From contig BFEA01000039.1 of the NCBI GenBank assembly GCA_003427395.1, forward strand, positions 825,293 to 889,292: DNA of 64,000 bases, in the 5' to 3' direction. Every line of letters starts with the position of its first letter. Within the stretch, counting starts at the first letter, position 1. This DNA comes from Chara braunii. Its lineage: Eukaryota > Plantae > Charophyceae. Both the position numbers and the translations under genes were made by a program. Of the stretch, positions 13,272-27,170 are shown piece by piece. The notes under the pieces were generated by a model. That model ran no database searches. It was not told where the DNA came from and saw only the letters and a program-made list of their open reading frames with translations.

Positions 13272-15374
13272 CTGTCTGTTCTGTTTGTGTATCCTCGAAA
13301 GAACTGTTGTTGCACAACACGTAGTTGGCGTCTGAACTTGACATCCCTCCGATATCCTCTCTTTCTCTCTCTTTTTCATGACTATGTGATTCCTTGTTTC
13401 GATTGTCTCAGGGGTCGAAAGAACTGCTGGACAACACATCGTCGGCGTGTTAACTGGACACCCCTCGTCGGCTCTCTATACCACAGTTAACCGATCATCA
13501 CTGGATCGAACGAGACGAGCTTTCGCTACTGTACTTGTGATTTTTTTGTTTACGTATCATGAACGATGTAGTTGTCGCTCACGATGTAGTTGTCGCTCAA
13601 GATGTAATTGTCGTTTACGATGTGGGGGTGGGGGGTGGTTTGCAAACGAGGTGGAGGTATTAGGGAACAGGGAGGAGATCTGGATAGTTTGTCGTGTAAA
13701 GGGTTCAACGCCCTGATGAGCCGGCGAGACTTCATAGAAAGTCTGTCACAGCCCCTCGCTTAATGTTCTCTTTTCTCGCTCTGCCTGGGGTTCAGCAGGC
13801 AATTCGCTACGACGATATGTATATGCAGGCGGCAGGAGTTATGCTGTATTACTAATAATAAATATGCATGTATATGGTGTAAGATCGTGTTGCCTATATA
13901 TGGCGTAAAACCATGTTGCCTACTCCCATTTGGTGCAGCATTCCTCTTTTTTGTGACAAAGATAGCCTCTATTTATAGTGAAGTGCTTCTGGTAGTTTTG
14001 CAGGTTATAGAGTCTGGTCACCGGTTCGTTGATATCGATGGCTGTATCTCGGCAAAAGAATGTGACTCCGAGATGTTTGTTTTGAAGGAGGACTTCCCTG
14101 TAAACACTAACTTTTAGGGATCGATCGCACGCTGTTACGTCGGTGTGTAGTATTTTTTTTTTTTCCTTCTCTTTTTGAGTTCTGGTTACAGGTTGTGCAT
14201 TGCGGTACGTCGTTATGTCGGTGTGTACAGTTCTGTTTTCCTTCCCCCCACCACCGATGCCATGGAAACGCTTTCAGGGATCGATCGCACGTTGGAAGCT
14301 TGCAATTTTCGATGGGAATGTTTGTTGATATATGTGTCTAGTTAGTGGCGATATTAATCACCGTTATTGCATATTTGTTGGTCTGGTCCGTGTGATGCTG
14401 CCATTACAGCGTGGAGATACAAGAGCGGGCGCTTTGGGGTCTAAACGTCTGACGGTGCTGCAATCAACAGTGTGTGAGTATCGTTATATGTAAAGTGGGT
14501 TCCGATTCTTGCAAACCTATTGTACCTGTATTCCAGATAAAAACAGATAAACACACACACCGTCACACAGGTGTGACGAGTGTTTAAGCAATAATGCATA
14601 AATGAATCAGAGAATGTATGTTTCTACACATGTGCGGATACACACACGCACATACACATATACTAATAAAAACGCACGCACACACACACAGAGGGGAAAA
14701 ATGAAAGAAAGAGAAAGAGAAAGAGAGAGACAGAGGGAGATAGAAAAAGAGAAAGAGAGAAAGAGCGCCAATCCACAACCCAAGTAGAAGTGAAAGCGCA
14801 CGGACATTGTCATACAAAGACTTTTGGTGGGAACCTGGCGCCCGCCCAGCAAGAACGCCCGGTCGAGGCAAACCGGCGGCCGCGGATGCATTCTGCCGCC
14901 CTCCCCGCAACTGACCCAAGGCCGAATGGGGCTCACACAAGCCCGTGCAACGCAGCAAATCGTGCGCCTGTGGGCCTCGTTGTTGTTCGCAGAATGCCTG
15001 TCGAAGTCGAAGCGGGCAAGGTTCTTTTCGCATTGTTGTGCGTGCAATTCAAAATTCTGGCAATATAAGAAAAAGAAGATGGCTCCATGCGGGCCAGGCA
15101 GCAATGATAATTACCAGGCTTGAGCCAATCCACTACTGTAGTGGAAGCGAAAGCACGCGAACGTTACCAAACAGAGGCTTTTGCCAGCGGCTTCATGCCG
15201 ACTTTGGGAGCCGACCCAACAAGAGTACCTAAACAAGGCAAACCAACGTCCACGGATGCACTCCGCTGCCCTTCCCGTAGCTTACCTGAGGGCAGATGAA
15301 CCTCACGCTGGCCGATGCAACTTATATCCCTACCCTACCTTGGAACACTCCGACGTGTGCCCGGTGGACCCTCC

Positions 15375-15631
15375 CAGCCCGGTGTTGGCTGTTGTGCCTT
15401 GACGATCTCGCCCTTTGGACACCTGGTTTGAGGACGATTGGGCTGCCGCTCTGTCGGACTGTCCGTGGGCGAACAATTGTCGCTTTGCGACCATGCTGGA
15501 ATGGGGATATGTTATCGTATTGCCACGTTGTAAGTTGGGACTCCGCAGCGTATACTGCCCGCAGTAAATAGGCACTACTATGCGCACGTTGGAATTCACT
15601 CGCGTCTTAGTGTCGCCAAGGACCTGGCTGA
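15375..15631 (+). pseudogene. Partial diverged duplicate of ORF-X (copy of ~15985-16240)
   Basis: Translates to ...PLDTWFEDDWAAALSDCPWANNCRFATMLEWGYVIVLPR...SPRTW with two stops. Confidence 0.8.
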
Positions 15632-15871
15632 ACCGAATAGAAGTTGGGAAGCGGGGTGAAAAATGACAGAAGAAGAAGGGTGAGGGGGGAATGCATAACA
15701 CACGGAGAGAAGAATGTATGAGGAGCTCTATGTTGACAATGGGGTGTAGTGTAATATCCTTGGGAACATTCGGGCGGCGTTGCCGTCTTTGACTTCTTTT
15801 GACAATTGTTGCCTTGTGTATGCCAGCGTACGATGCAATATTAGCTGGCGAACGTCTGCCGCATCTCGGAA

Positions 15872-16843
15872 ATGGATAAACAGTCCGTTGCTACGTTTCC
15901 ATTGAAACCGCGAGCGGTTGCCCTCCAAGGGTCGAAAGAGTCAACAGAGATTGTCGGCGCCGCGCGAACAGATTTTGAAACGGATCCGTGGCTGACTGCT
16001 GTACCTTGGCGCGCTGACCCTTTGCACACCTGGTCTGAGGACGATTGGGCTGCTACTTTATCGGACTGTCCGTTGACGAACGATTATCGCTTTGCGACCA
16101 TGCTGGAATGGGGACGTGTTATCGTATTGCCCCGTGTTAAGTTGAGACCCTGGCAAATATATTGCCCACAAGAAATAGGCCCCGCCATGTGCACGCAGGA
16201 TTTCACGCACGTCTCAGCGTCGCCAAGGACCTGGCCGAAATGTTTCCGATACGAATTACTCGTTTGCGGCAGTCTTTGTGATTTCCTGTCAGAATACCCC
16301 ATGCCCGATCTGCAAACATCGTCTTGCGTGGTCTCGTACTGCTGTGTCCGCCTCATGTTGGATGGCGATCCATTCAGCAGAGTGTTGTGCGTGGCATGCA
16401 CGAACAAGGATAGAACACTGACAAACACTGTCGTGATTGCAACCTACACCACGAGGTATCTGTCCGAAGATGGTGAGAGGCTGATAACGCGGACAGTCCT
16501 AGATAACAGGATGCAAGTGGTGCCCCATGAAAGGAACCCCGATTACCGACACTGGGAAGACATTGAAACCCAGATATGTCGCATCAGAGATGCCATCTGA
16601 GAATATTTGTTACACGATTTGACGTTCGTTCGAATGCGATACGTATCTTTTTTCTCGAAAGATGCGACGTGTGGTACGCCTCGTCGACTGGCGTTCGACT
16701 CAACTTTGTCCGCATTGTATGGCTTCGACAGGAGGACTCCGCCATGCTGTAAGGTTGCCCACGTGAGTGTTGTTGTTCCCTCTCATGGTGCCGCTTTGTC
16801 CGTGCTTTCTGGCATGCCTTGGCTATATGGGATGCAAAGTTGA
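15872..16843 (+). pseudogene. ORF-X homolog (unknown ~290-aa domain), one in-frame stop at 16598-16600
   Basis: Colinear similarity to the minus-strand ORF at 51786-52658. Homology continues past the TGA to ...ALYGF (~16726). Confidence 0.8.
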
Positions 16844-19309
16844 AAAAATTGTTGCAAGTTTCAGGTACTCTGTTGCGCTTCCGTTTCTCTTTTCTTCTTT
16901 TCCGTCTTTTTCTGCCTCTTTCTTTTTCTGCCTCCTGGAAACATTAGGAGATGTCACTAATATCTTTGTTGTTAATCATTTGTGATGGAACCTACAATCT
17001 CTCCCGTTTAGTGTTTAGCAGTGGCCGAAGGGAAAAAAGTCCGTCGAGCAGATGACCATATCAGCGGGGGAGAGTTGACAGACCGGGGCCCTACCTGCGT
17101 ATACAAAAGGCAAAGAGATAAAGGGGCCAAAGAGATGAAAAACATGTGTTCGCTGCAGGGGCCGAGGGCGCACCGAAGGGGGCGGCGTTTTGCTACCAGA
17201 AGCTGGTCGTAAATAGACGGGGGAAGGGATAAACGAGAGTAGAGTCGAGTTTGTGGCAGAGTGCGCTCTGCCATTATAGTAGGACGTATTGAGACATGCG
17301 CACCTGTATACGCAGAGGCCGGAAGGGCGACGAAGGGGAGGCCCACGCAAAAAACGACAGAAGAGATAAAAAAGGGAAAAAGGGTGGGGCAGTAGATATG
17401 TGCGTAGGTGCCCACTGGACAAATAGACGCTATGGGCATAGGGAACCAACTGCAAATGAGTAGTCTCTCTAAATTCGCCACCGTTTCTGTGTCGATTGCT
17501 GACTAAAAATATTCTTTTTTTCGGCCTCCCGAGATGGATGCTTTGGTCGTCTGCATGGCGTTGTTGTGGTTGTGTCCGCACTGAGACTGACTCCCCAGTG
17601 CGGTTGTAGACACGACGTTGATCGCAGAATGCACGATCAAGTTCCAGGTGCAATCTGGAATATATTGTTCTCAGGCTTACATCCATTTCTTGTGTTTCCT
17701 CCCTGTGTTACGCAGGCGCATCGTGAACGCTCTTTGCTGTCTGGTCGCCAGTCGCTGCTATACTGTGTATTCATAATGCCCCGTATGAGTATTGTGCATC
17801 AGACTGCAGAGGTTTTGGAAAGTTGTCAGCCCTGTCGTTTGTAACACGGGCAGTTTGTTTGTTACCAATTTGCGTCTTGGCAATGAAGAGTTGCTTTCCT
17901 TCTTTGATTTTCGTTGGCACCCTGTTGGTTGTTTTCGTCTGTTTGTGTCTATCGCTGCGGCGGGCTGCCAACGCGTTATCCCTTCTATGTGCCTGCTCCT
18001 CCATCTCTGTTNNNNNNNNNNNNNNNNNNNNNNNNNNNNNNNNNNNNNNNNNNNNNNNNNNNNNNNNNNNNNNNNNNNNNNNNNNNNNNNNNNNNNNNNN
18101 NNNNNNNNNNNNNNNNNNNNNNNNNNNNNNNNNNNNNNNNNCCCCAAAAAAAAAAAATTCGGGCTGCCCTTTTTCTCCAGGCCGCTCGAAAAGCGATCTA
18201 GCTACCCGATCTGGGCGCAGGCAGCTCCGATCCTATAATCGACATGCAGTGAGCTAAGAGGGGAAAACAACATGGTAATGAAGAAAATGCCATTCGAATG
18301 ACGGGTCATTGCGCTGTCAGCCTTCGCAGCGTCCACTTGCTTTGCTATGACGGTTCGCCGCCGGGAGTTCAAATTCGAAATTCGAAGTTACTATAGCGCA
18401 CGAGCTGGAAATGACGAGGTGTGTATGTGCGTGCGTGTGTGTGTCTATTGGTTATGTGTGTGTGCAACAAATACCCGGCTCGGGTGACCGGGAAGAACCC
18501 CCCCCTTCTCCCCATGATGGAAAAAGCGCAAAAAAGGCGACTGTCAGGGAAACACAAAAAAGGCGCAAAAAAGGCGCCTCTGACTTTGAGGAAGCATAAA
18601 CATTACCGGCGGATTGAATCTTCGTCCTCATTCGAGCCTTCGAGCCCGGCGCCAATGCAGTCTGTGCAGCCACTTCTGCTTATCCCGCAGGCGTCGCCGC
18701 AGACATATGTGCTTCCAAAGCGCCCCGTGGCAGCGCCGATTCAGCTGACGCTCGCTGCTCCGAAAACGCCTCAGCAATGTCGACGCTCGTCGTTGTGTAG
18801 ACTTCTTGACTACGTCATATTTGCGCTCATATCTCTGTTGTTTATTGTGCAGTTTATTCTGCTTCACAAACTGCTCCAGCCAGCTCCGCGCTATAGTTTG
18901 CCTTTGTCAGTGTGCCTCAACGAAAGTACGTCCTTCGGCTTCGCTTTGGGCTTTTGTTTTGTCCTGTCTCTTCGTTGTCGCTCTGGGTATTGTTGTTTGT
19001 GCGCTGCGCTCCTTCAGTCTGCCTGACGACGTCTTATACCCGAAATTCTATCAGTGAAAAGCCAGCCGTCGGCCGGTGTATTTTCCTGCTCTGCGTCTAA
19101 AACAGTCATGCCCGTTTTGTTATCCGTTATAGGGGAATGCTTTTTTTCCACTCACTTTCAGATTTCGTTTGCCCAACGTGTTTATCTGTTTCGTCGGGCG
19201 TGGAGAATGCAGCGTGTCTGCCGCTGTTTGTAGGGATTCTTATATACGGTCGTCTGCTATGTTTGATGCAGAGCGTTCGCCACAGGCGTGATGAGCAATG
19301 TAGATCGCA

Positions 19310-19828
19310 ATGTCAGACTACGTTGTTCGCCATTCGCAGTGCACTTTCAGTGCATTGCACGACCATAATTGGTTGAATGATATATCCATTGATACGTACA
19401 CGGAGCTTCTTATGCCCCTGTTCCCCGACATGTTCTTCACATCGTGCTATATGTACAGCTTCACGATTGCTTGCCGAGACTACCGCTTCGCACATGATTT
19501 GCTCGTTCCGCGCGCCACTGGCCAGCCGTTTTGCTGCTTCGGGTGCTGGTTCTTCCCATTGCATCTGAACAACAACCATTGGGCATTGGCGTGTTTTGTC
19601 ATCGAAGATTCGACTCGTTGCATTTACGATAGCTATAGTAACCAACATCCATCCGTTTTCCATGATTTGCTTGCATGGCTACAAACAGAGACCACGATCC
19701 CGCAATCGCCCCTGTCCATGCAGGTCGTTTATATAGATGGGCCAATCCAGTATAATCACCATAACTGCGGCGTGTTCATGCTCGTGATGCTGCATTTTTG
19801 CTGGCTTCGCCAACATCGTCGCATGTAG
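19310..19828 (+). CDS. Ulp1/C48 SUMO-protease domain (exon; Helitron-associated)
   Basis: WLNDISID, PLHLNNNHW, IYDS, PIQYNHHNCGVF give the H-D-Q-C catalytic set. The basic/Pro-rich ORF at ~18514-18790 may be an upstream exon. Confidence 0.85.
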   Translation: MSDYVVRHSQCTFSALHDHNWLNDISIDTYTELLMPLFPDMFFTSCYMYSFTIACRDYRFAHDLLVPRATGQPFCCFGCWFFPLHLNNNHWALACFVIEDSTRCIYDSYSNQHPSVFHDLLAWLQTETTIPQSPLSMQVVYIDGPIQYNHHNCGVFMLVMLHFCWLRQHRRM

Positions 19829-21057
19829 ATGCTTTTTCGTGCTTGGATATTCCGACATACAGACGTCATCTCCATGATGAGCTTTTCATATCGTCCATCG
19901 GGCCTTTTCCGCTGCTGCCAGTTCAGCCTCCACACAGCGCTGCGTACACATGCGGCTACCGATGTCCGTCGCAGGGTGCGTTTGCTTCTCCGCCGAGCCT
20001 CTCCTTGCTCCTCCCCCCCCCCTCTTCCCCTGCCCCTCTCCCTTCCCGTTGCCAATTGTCCGGCCATCTGTTATAGGAAGAAGCGGTTTGCTGTGTAACA
20101 TTCAAGTATGCCTGCGTTTGCGTTCAACTCATGACAACATGTATTCACATTTTTCCTCTCGCGCCTAACGATGTTTATAATTGTGCATGGCTGTTTCTTT
20201 GTGATTTTGCTTGCAGGTGCGACCGACGCTTGTCTACGGGTAATGTGGTGGCGGGTTGTATTCAGTTTACTTATCCTTGTATTTTGACTCCGGAGCAAGA
20301 TATATGTATACATGCAAACACACATATTCTCCTTCCTCCTGTGTTTTTCTAGTCTCGTTTGATAGACATACATACATATACTCAGACATAAATACAGATC
20401 ATGAACCATTCTCAAACACTACCTGCGTTGTTGCACTGCGCCGCTTTAGATTCTTCCCCTTCCCCACCCCGTTTGGCTTCTGTACACCTCATCACATTTG
20501 CTGCGGTCCTTGAATCCTGTCCACGAGCAGCCCATCTATTCACGCACAACAAAAGGTTACGCTTGCTGCGGGGACGCGAGCGGGACTGCTGCCAATTCGT
20601 CAAAGCCAGCAGCCGAATGTCACAGAATGTATCGCAGTTGCGCCGCACTTGGACATGGGAACGCTGGCTAGAGCCGGTGCCATGGACCCCGGGTCTCTCA
20701 GCTTGTTGACAGATCTTGGAAAATGTTTGGCAAACAAAGAAACGCACTCAAAAACCCGAAAAAAAACTTCCCCGGGCTCGTTCCTTCGCTCTCCTTGACC
20801 CGTCTCTCAAACCAGCTCAAGACCCTGAAGCAGGTGGCGACGTATTTACGGCCCCTTTTGTCTTTTCCTTCCACGATTGTAAACCCGCGATTCGTTTTTT
20901 TGCCTTTTTCGCTTCCTAGCTCTCTCCCTCTAGTGCTTTCCTTCTCCCTCTGCTTCTTTCTCCGCAACTCTCACATATGCTACCGCTTTTTGCCCGCCCG
21001 CACCATGCGGTGGACCGCGTATTCCATCTTATTCGCACCACACTGTGCTGCGGGTGA

Positions 21058-22350
21058 AATACGGAGCGGACTCGCACAGAGACTACAGCGCAGCGAGAAG
21101 AGCGTCTATGCAAAAAACAGGCCGCGGCACGGACACGAAAACTAAACAAAACTGAGACTGTTCGCCGCGAGCGTCTGCAGCGAGACACTGCATGGCACAG
21201 GCGGGCGCGGGAAAGAAAACGTAATACGCAACGCCCTCTCATGGGTACGGGCGCGACGTTGCTTGCGCCCCCCGTTTCTTGTTTCAGCTCTCAGGCGAGC
21301 CCAGCGACACTGCCTTCGCTTGTGAAGCCTGTCAGACTCAAACAATTGGCCCGCATGAAACGCCCCCCCCCCCGCGGCACTGCCTTCGCTTGTGAAGCCG
21401 CTCAAACAATTGGCCCGCATGAAACGCCCCCCCCCCCTCCCTCCGGCACGCAGCTCTCTGCAGGCGTCCGTTTCCCCACTCTGCATACGCGACCTCTCCT
21501 GTGGCGTCTCGAACCCCGAGCCATCAACCCCGACAACTGTCGCTGGCCATTTTACGGAAGCTGTGATATATTCATGTTTACAGCAACTAGCCCGGGATCG
21601 AGAGGCACGTTATTCATTGCGCCCGCCATTCTCCTCCACCGTTTCGCCAGCGTTGAAAAACGCGATCGCAGGCTGTCTGGTTGACAAACTCAGTCCCGTT
21701 AAGCTTGGGGAGTTTGTATGATGTGTGTGTGACGAGTTGGTGTTATGCACTGAAGTCAATATCCATTCATCTTCTAAGACAGACGTCATTGACCGTATGC
21801 GTGCAGTTTTATATAATTTCAATTCATCGTTGCATCCAGATCTTGTGCAGCATTATAGCTGCGAAGACTTGTCTTCGGCTTTCTCGAGCATCATGTTGTC
21901 GCGAAATGGCATTGTGCAGCTCGCCGACGCAGCGTCCATTTCAACATATGCGACGCTTGCGAATAACCGCTCTTTTGCTCGCACTCCCGGCCTCACCTCC
22001 TGAAATTCGCAATCGCCAATCATTTTTTTGTCGGTGCGCTGCCTCGTGCTTTGCAGAGTGCGACCTGGCCAGAGCTTCTTATGACAAGCCTGACAAATAT
22101 CCTCGGCCAGACGAGAGTGATGCGCGGTGGGTGGCATCGTTCGATACTTTCCCATCTGCTCGTTTTCGACTCCGTGCCCGGGCTGGCAACTACTTTGCTT
22201 CCCAGGTCGATAACAAAAGATACGTTCTATCGCATTATCTTGGCAGGACCGTTTACAGATAGATGGTCAAGTGACACGTATTAAGAAGCTACATTGCGTC
22301 AGACATTCGATGGTGGAAAACCTGCTCGACTTTTACACGACGTTTAATGT
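21058..22350 (+). pseudogene. RepHel N-terminus: STPR-like repeats and DUF6570-like domain
   Basis: TETTAQREERL...TETVRRERLQRD (21058-21230). KFAIANHFFVGALPRALQSATWPE (~22000-22075). HCVRHSMVENLLDFY..FNVLY (~22290-22360). Confidence 0.7.
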
Positions 22351-22549
22351 CCTCTACTCTAAGACTTCTGTAAAACGTGATGACGAGGTTCTTGACAGCA
22401 TTCCGCGTAACGATCCCACGTACGTGCTGGCGCTGGTCATCTGAGACCTGTCGAATGATCACACCTATGCAAAGCTATTAGGCCGCGAACAGGATGGTCT
22501 TAACGCCCCTCCGGGCATAACCACCGAGACAACTTACATTGAAAAGTCT

Positions 22550-24920
22550 GTGATCTTTTCGCACGCCACTGCGTCGCTGGATCCGATTGTCGAACAGCGT
22601 GTAGTCGAACTTTTGAAGGTTGGGCGAGCCAACGACCCGGTTTTCATGCTCCACACGTCTTTCAAATTCGCCAACCTTTTCGAGCCGACGCTGGAAGCCA
22701 AAATGTTCCAGCATATGTTTCCATATGGGTGCGGCCATCCCGGCGAAGAAGGACAAAGAGTCGGCGCTTCGCGCCAGCTCTGCGAGAGGCATTATTGTCT
22801 GCTGAGCTCCAGGCGCTTTGCGCAGGATCCGTATTATTGCATGGCCGCTTTCGACCATCTTTCGCTAAATCGCGGATACACGTTTTCGCACCTCACGTGC
22901 AGAATGCAACCCCATTTGCATCAATCGATCGCCGGAGTCACGACCAAAATGCCGAGCAGAGGTTTGGAAAACACCCGTCGACAAACGGTCGGCTTAAAAA
23001 TACCCGATACGGATCCGGCAGTCATAGATCTGCTTCGTCATGTTGACTGCGCTTCGACGTATGTTTGGGGCAGCAACGCAGAGCGACGTGCACGCCGGCA
23101 AGAGGCATTCGCCACCTGCGACCGTTTCGGTCAGCCGACACTTACACTTTTCGTTATGCTGACCCCGAACACTGACACCTCGTTCGCGCTTGCGTCGTAC
23201 GTTGGTCCTCTCGACATGGAAACATTCTACGCTGTGTTGATCGATAACCCCGACGTCCAGACAGAAGATCTCAAGCGCTTATCCATGGCCGACAATATTG
23301 CTTCGGCACGGCTTTTTGATCGGCTGATGTCCATACTTTTTGACGAGGTGCTGGGATTTGACTGCACGACTCAGCAAACTGTACCTGGGGGCGGTCTCTT
23401 CGGGCCCGTGCGGGCATATTTTGGAATGGTGGAAACGCCGGGCCGCGACACATTGCATTTGCACTGCCTCGTCTTGCTTGAAAATATGCCACCCACAACT
23501 CGTGATTTCGATAATTTACTGGAAGCAGATGCGTCTCTCGCTGATCGAGTCACGAAATACGTGGACAGCATTGTTTTTGCGTCTGCAGCCCGAGATGTTT
23601 CTCGTCTGTCTTGTGCACACTGCTATGCACTGGCGCCAGCTTACAAAATACATACGCTCCCGCAGTCAGCCCGGTGCTCGCCATTCCGAAAAGGCAAACC
23701 ATAGTCGTTGGTCGAACCGCCGAGCGCAGAATGTGCACATTGTCATGCTTTAATTAGCTCGCACCAGATGCAGCGCTAGGGCATCCTGGAAGCTATTCCG
23801 TCTCCCGCTTATGATGATATTCGGTGGCAGAACACTGCTCCTGCTTCGTACCCTAAACTCACAGACGATCCATTCTACACAAACGCAACAAGCAACAGAA
23901 TGCTTGCACTGTTGCCGAGCTTGCTTTCTTTTTGGTCAGCACTGCCATTGATTTTTTTCCTTGTCCAAATACACCACTGGGCTCAAACCGAGTCGTGTTT
24001 CAAGAATACCCGTATGAACAAAAAAGCAAAAGTCTGTCGTTATCTGTTCCCTCGTACGCATTGCGAACGGACAATTTTACGTGATTTCGGTGGGCAGAGG
24101 TGGCAGACCATATCTTCTATTGTTACAAATATGCGACCATGCTGGAATGGGGATATGTTATCGTATACGCGATTTCGTACAACCTTTGTTCATTGGCGCA
24201 GAGGTGGCAGACCATATCTTCTATTATTGCAGATATGCGACCAAAGACCAACATAAAATTAACTTCAAAGTCGCACTGCGCTTGGCTGCGTTCGATGCAC
24301 GCTGCGAGCGTGAAAAGTTGGCAGAGGAGCGTACGCAAATGTCAGCGAAAACGAAAACACGTCGCCGCCTTGCTTCTCAACTTTTCAGTATAACGAACAA
24401 ACAAGAAACCGCTGGCCCATTATGTGCACTGTATCTGCTACGGCAGTCGTGCGCGTATCTTAGCCACAGTTTCAAAACACTCCCTCTTTTTCACATGCTG
24501 AAATAGCTGCAAAATCACCCCGACACTTTGTGTTCGCTGGAGAGAGCGCCTACGAGCTTTGCTGTCAAACGACCTTTGGATGATTACATTTTACGGCCAT
24601 TGGCATTGACGCATCTGTTCCTTATGAATTCACTATGTATTTTTACACTTGTACGAAATCAGCTGCCTCCACAGTTGATGGTAGCTTCCTTTAAAACCAT
24701 CCGTTGTATAATCGCAAAGCATTGGCACGCCGAAGACTTTCTGCAATCCCTGTCATGCCTTATTCTACACGCGTTCTTGATTTCAGAACATGCGACGACG
24801 ATGCCGCCAAAACTTTGCACGCGCAACTGTCACTATTGCTATTCAAACCCTTCCGGATTCTGACGGATTTAGTTGCGCCCGACAACACATGGCATGATGC
24901 TTTCCTTTTATTCTACGAAT
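22550..24920 (+). pseudogene. Helitron Rep (HUH endonuclease)
   Basis: MFPYGCG, RRFAQDP, FGQPT..LFVMLT (motif 1), ETPGRDTLHLHCLV (HUH motif 2), CRYLFP, YYCRYATKDQ (motif 3), DDYILRP, LLLFKPFR. Stops and frameshifts are present. Confidence 0.9.
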
Positions 24921-25155
24921 AGATGCCTGCATTTCTGTGCGTTGTTTACCTACAAATGCAAGACTACCATCTCGCACAAGAACGTGCAGCAGAAATGCGC
25001 AAACAAAGAGCACCCGAGCAAACTGCAGACGTTCTCTATGCAGACTCCTCGGATGGGATGTCTGACGGCTCATCGAACGCATCTATACCAATGTGTCCTC
25101 CTTCTGACAGTGACTCACAAAGTAGCGCGGAGCCGGGGATGCCATAATCACGTCA

Positions 25156-27170
25156 ATGATAGTCGATAGCTATGCGTCGGGTTTGTCGTCTGAATTGATG
25201 ACGCGCTGCGCAACAATCACACTGAATACGTATAAGAGCTTTGCGTCGGGAGACTCATCATCGACCAGTTGTTTCTTGAGACAAACCATTGGCGATCTTA
25301 ACACCATCCATGCTTGGGCAAAAGCAGCGCCGCCATTGGTAGAAGATGTCGGTGCTGTCCCTGACGCCTGGGATCGGCTGCCTCGGCCCACTCGTCTCCG
25401 CCTAATCACAAACGCGCTTCAACCTTGGAATAAGGAGTTCGTCGACAATCCCACCACAAAGCCCGCTTCACCGCCTGGCTCCTTGTTCCCTACAATCTCT
25501 GATGTCTCGGTGCAGTTCTCGCTCAACCGCAAACAACACCTTGCTTTCTTTCTTTTGGCTGATTCCCTTCTCAAGATCTGGCTCTCCAAAACGACAGCTG
25601 AAGACATGGCTACGCCAATGTTGCTGCCAGCTATGGCCAGCGTAATTGAAAAACAGCAGCTCCTTATGTTTCTTACCGGAGAGGGTGGCACCGACAAATC
25701 CCACGTAGTCGCTGCCATCGATGCCTTTGCTAAAAGATGGCAGTATCCACACAACGTTGTCAAAACTGCAATGACTGGCAAAGCTGCAATTTCCATCGCC
25801 AGGGTGACATTCCATAGCTGGTTCGGGATCCACAACCTCGAAGCTGATTACTGTTTCGAACGTCGTCAGGCGCAACTAAAAGGCATACCCGGCTCAATGC
25901 CAGAACTAGATTTACTCATCATCGATGAGTTCAGCATGATGAACAAAGATGCGTTCCTTCGACTTGACCAAGCTCTGCGCGCAGCCAGAAAGCTGGATGT
26001 CCCTTTCGGTGGTGTGCATATCTTGCCGATGGGAGACTTTTTCCAGCTTCCCCCTGTTAACGGCATGCCAGTGTATTCTGATCCTTTATTGGATAAGGCA
26101 GACACGACCGCCGACCACGAAGCGTTCAAGATCTCGCGTCTCTTCGACATGGTTGTTGTTCTAACTGAGCCCGTTCGCTTTAGATCAGACCCCGAATGGG
26201 GCTGCCACTGTAAAAATGCCAGACGGGGCATATGGGGAAACAATTTTATAAATATCTTCAACAGTAGATTTTTGGAAAACATCAACCCCGCCTTGAGCTG
26301 AAATTTTATCAATCCAAAAGGTGGTCATTTCCCTGTTTTCGTTGTCCCGGATAACGACAATCGTACACAGCTACTACATTCGTTTACACGCATGTTGTGT
26401 GCATTGCTGCCTTGTGATCATCAACCTGTTCGCATCGTGGTAGACTTCGGCGCGAAATTCAAAAACAGAAAACTGCATGATATACAGTTCATAATGTCAT
26501 TGCCGGACAACAAACTCGGATGATCTGCTGCGTTCCTTGACCTTCTACCCGAAATGCCGTTTTTGTTCACCCAGAACGTAGATCCCGCTCGGGGCATTGC
26601 AAACGGAACCTTCGGTATTCTGCATTCTTTACAGTTCCCTGAACATACGACGTTTGCACTGTTCCATGACACGAATGCAAACATTCGCGTGCTGCTTCCT
26701 AGTTCCCCGCCGGACCTCGCTCTTGTGCTCGTCCCCCATCGTTCCGCATTCGAACAACTCCCTGATGCGCTTTCTGCCGCCCTGCCTTTGGATGTTTACC
26801 CGGTGTTCAGACAGCGGCCATACGACTCTGCGAAGGTCGACCTGCCGACCGGTGCAAGAATGCCCTAGAGAACATGCCACGTGCGACCTCTCCAATTTCC
26901 ATTCGTGTCTGCTGTCGTTTTGACCGTCTACAGGATCCAAGGAGAGACATTGACAACTCTCATTGTCGCCGAATGGAAAGCACGTCTCGATGCTAGCCAC
27001 AAACGAAAACACTATGTCCTACAATAGGATTACATCATTGTCTTCCGTGTTGTCAACCGTTCTGCTTTAGTCACTTTAAAGTCATTCACAAAGGACCTCG
27101 CAGCCTTTTTCCAACCAAATCCAGCTGTTGTCCGTGAGCAATTGCGCCTTGACAGACTTTCGGATCTTAC
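25156..27170 (+). pseudogene. PIF1-family helicase of the Helitron
   Basis: LNRKQ, TGEGGTDKS (Walker A with G>D), AMTGKAA, LIIDEFSM, PFGG...GDFFQLPPV, RFRSDP, GIANGT, QFPF...TVYRIQGETL. Several stops. Confidence 0.9.

Noticed and set aside
13713-13745. Hammerhead-like CTGATGA-GCCGGC-GAGAC...GTC
   Set aside because: GAAA box reads GAGA and no stem I can form with the flanks. I also found no canonical hammerhead core in the PLE repeats by eye.
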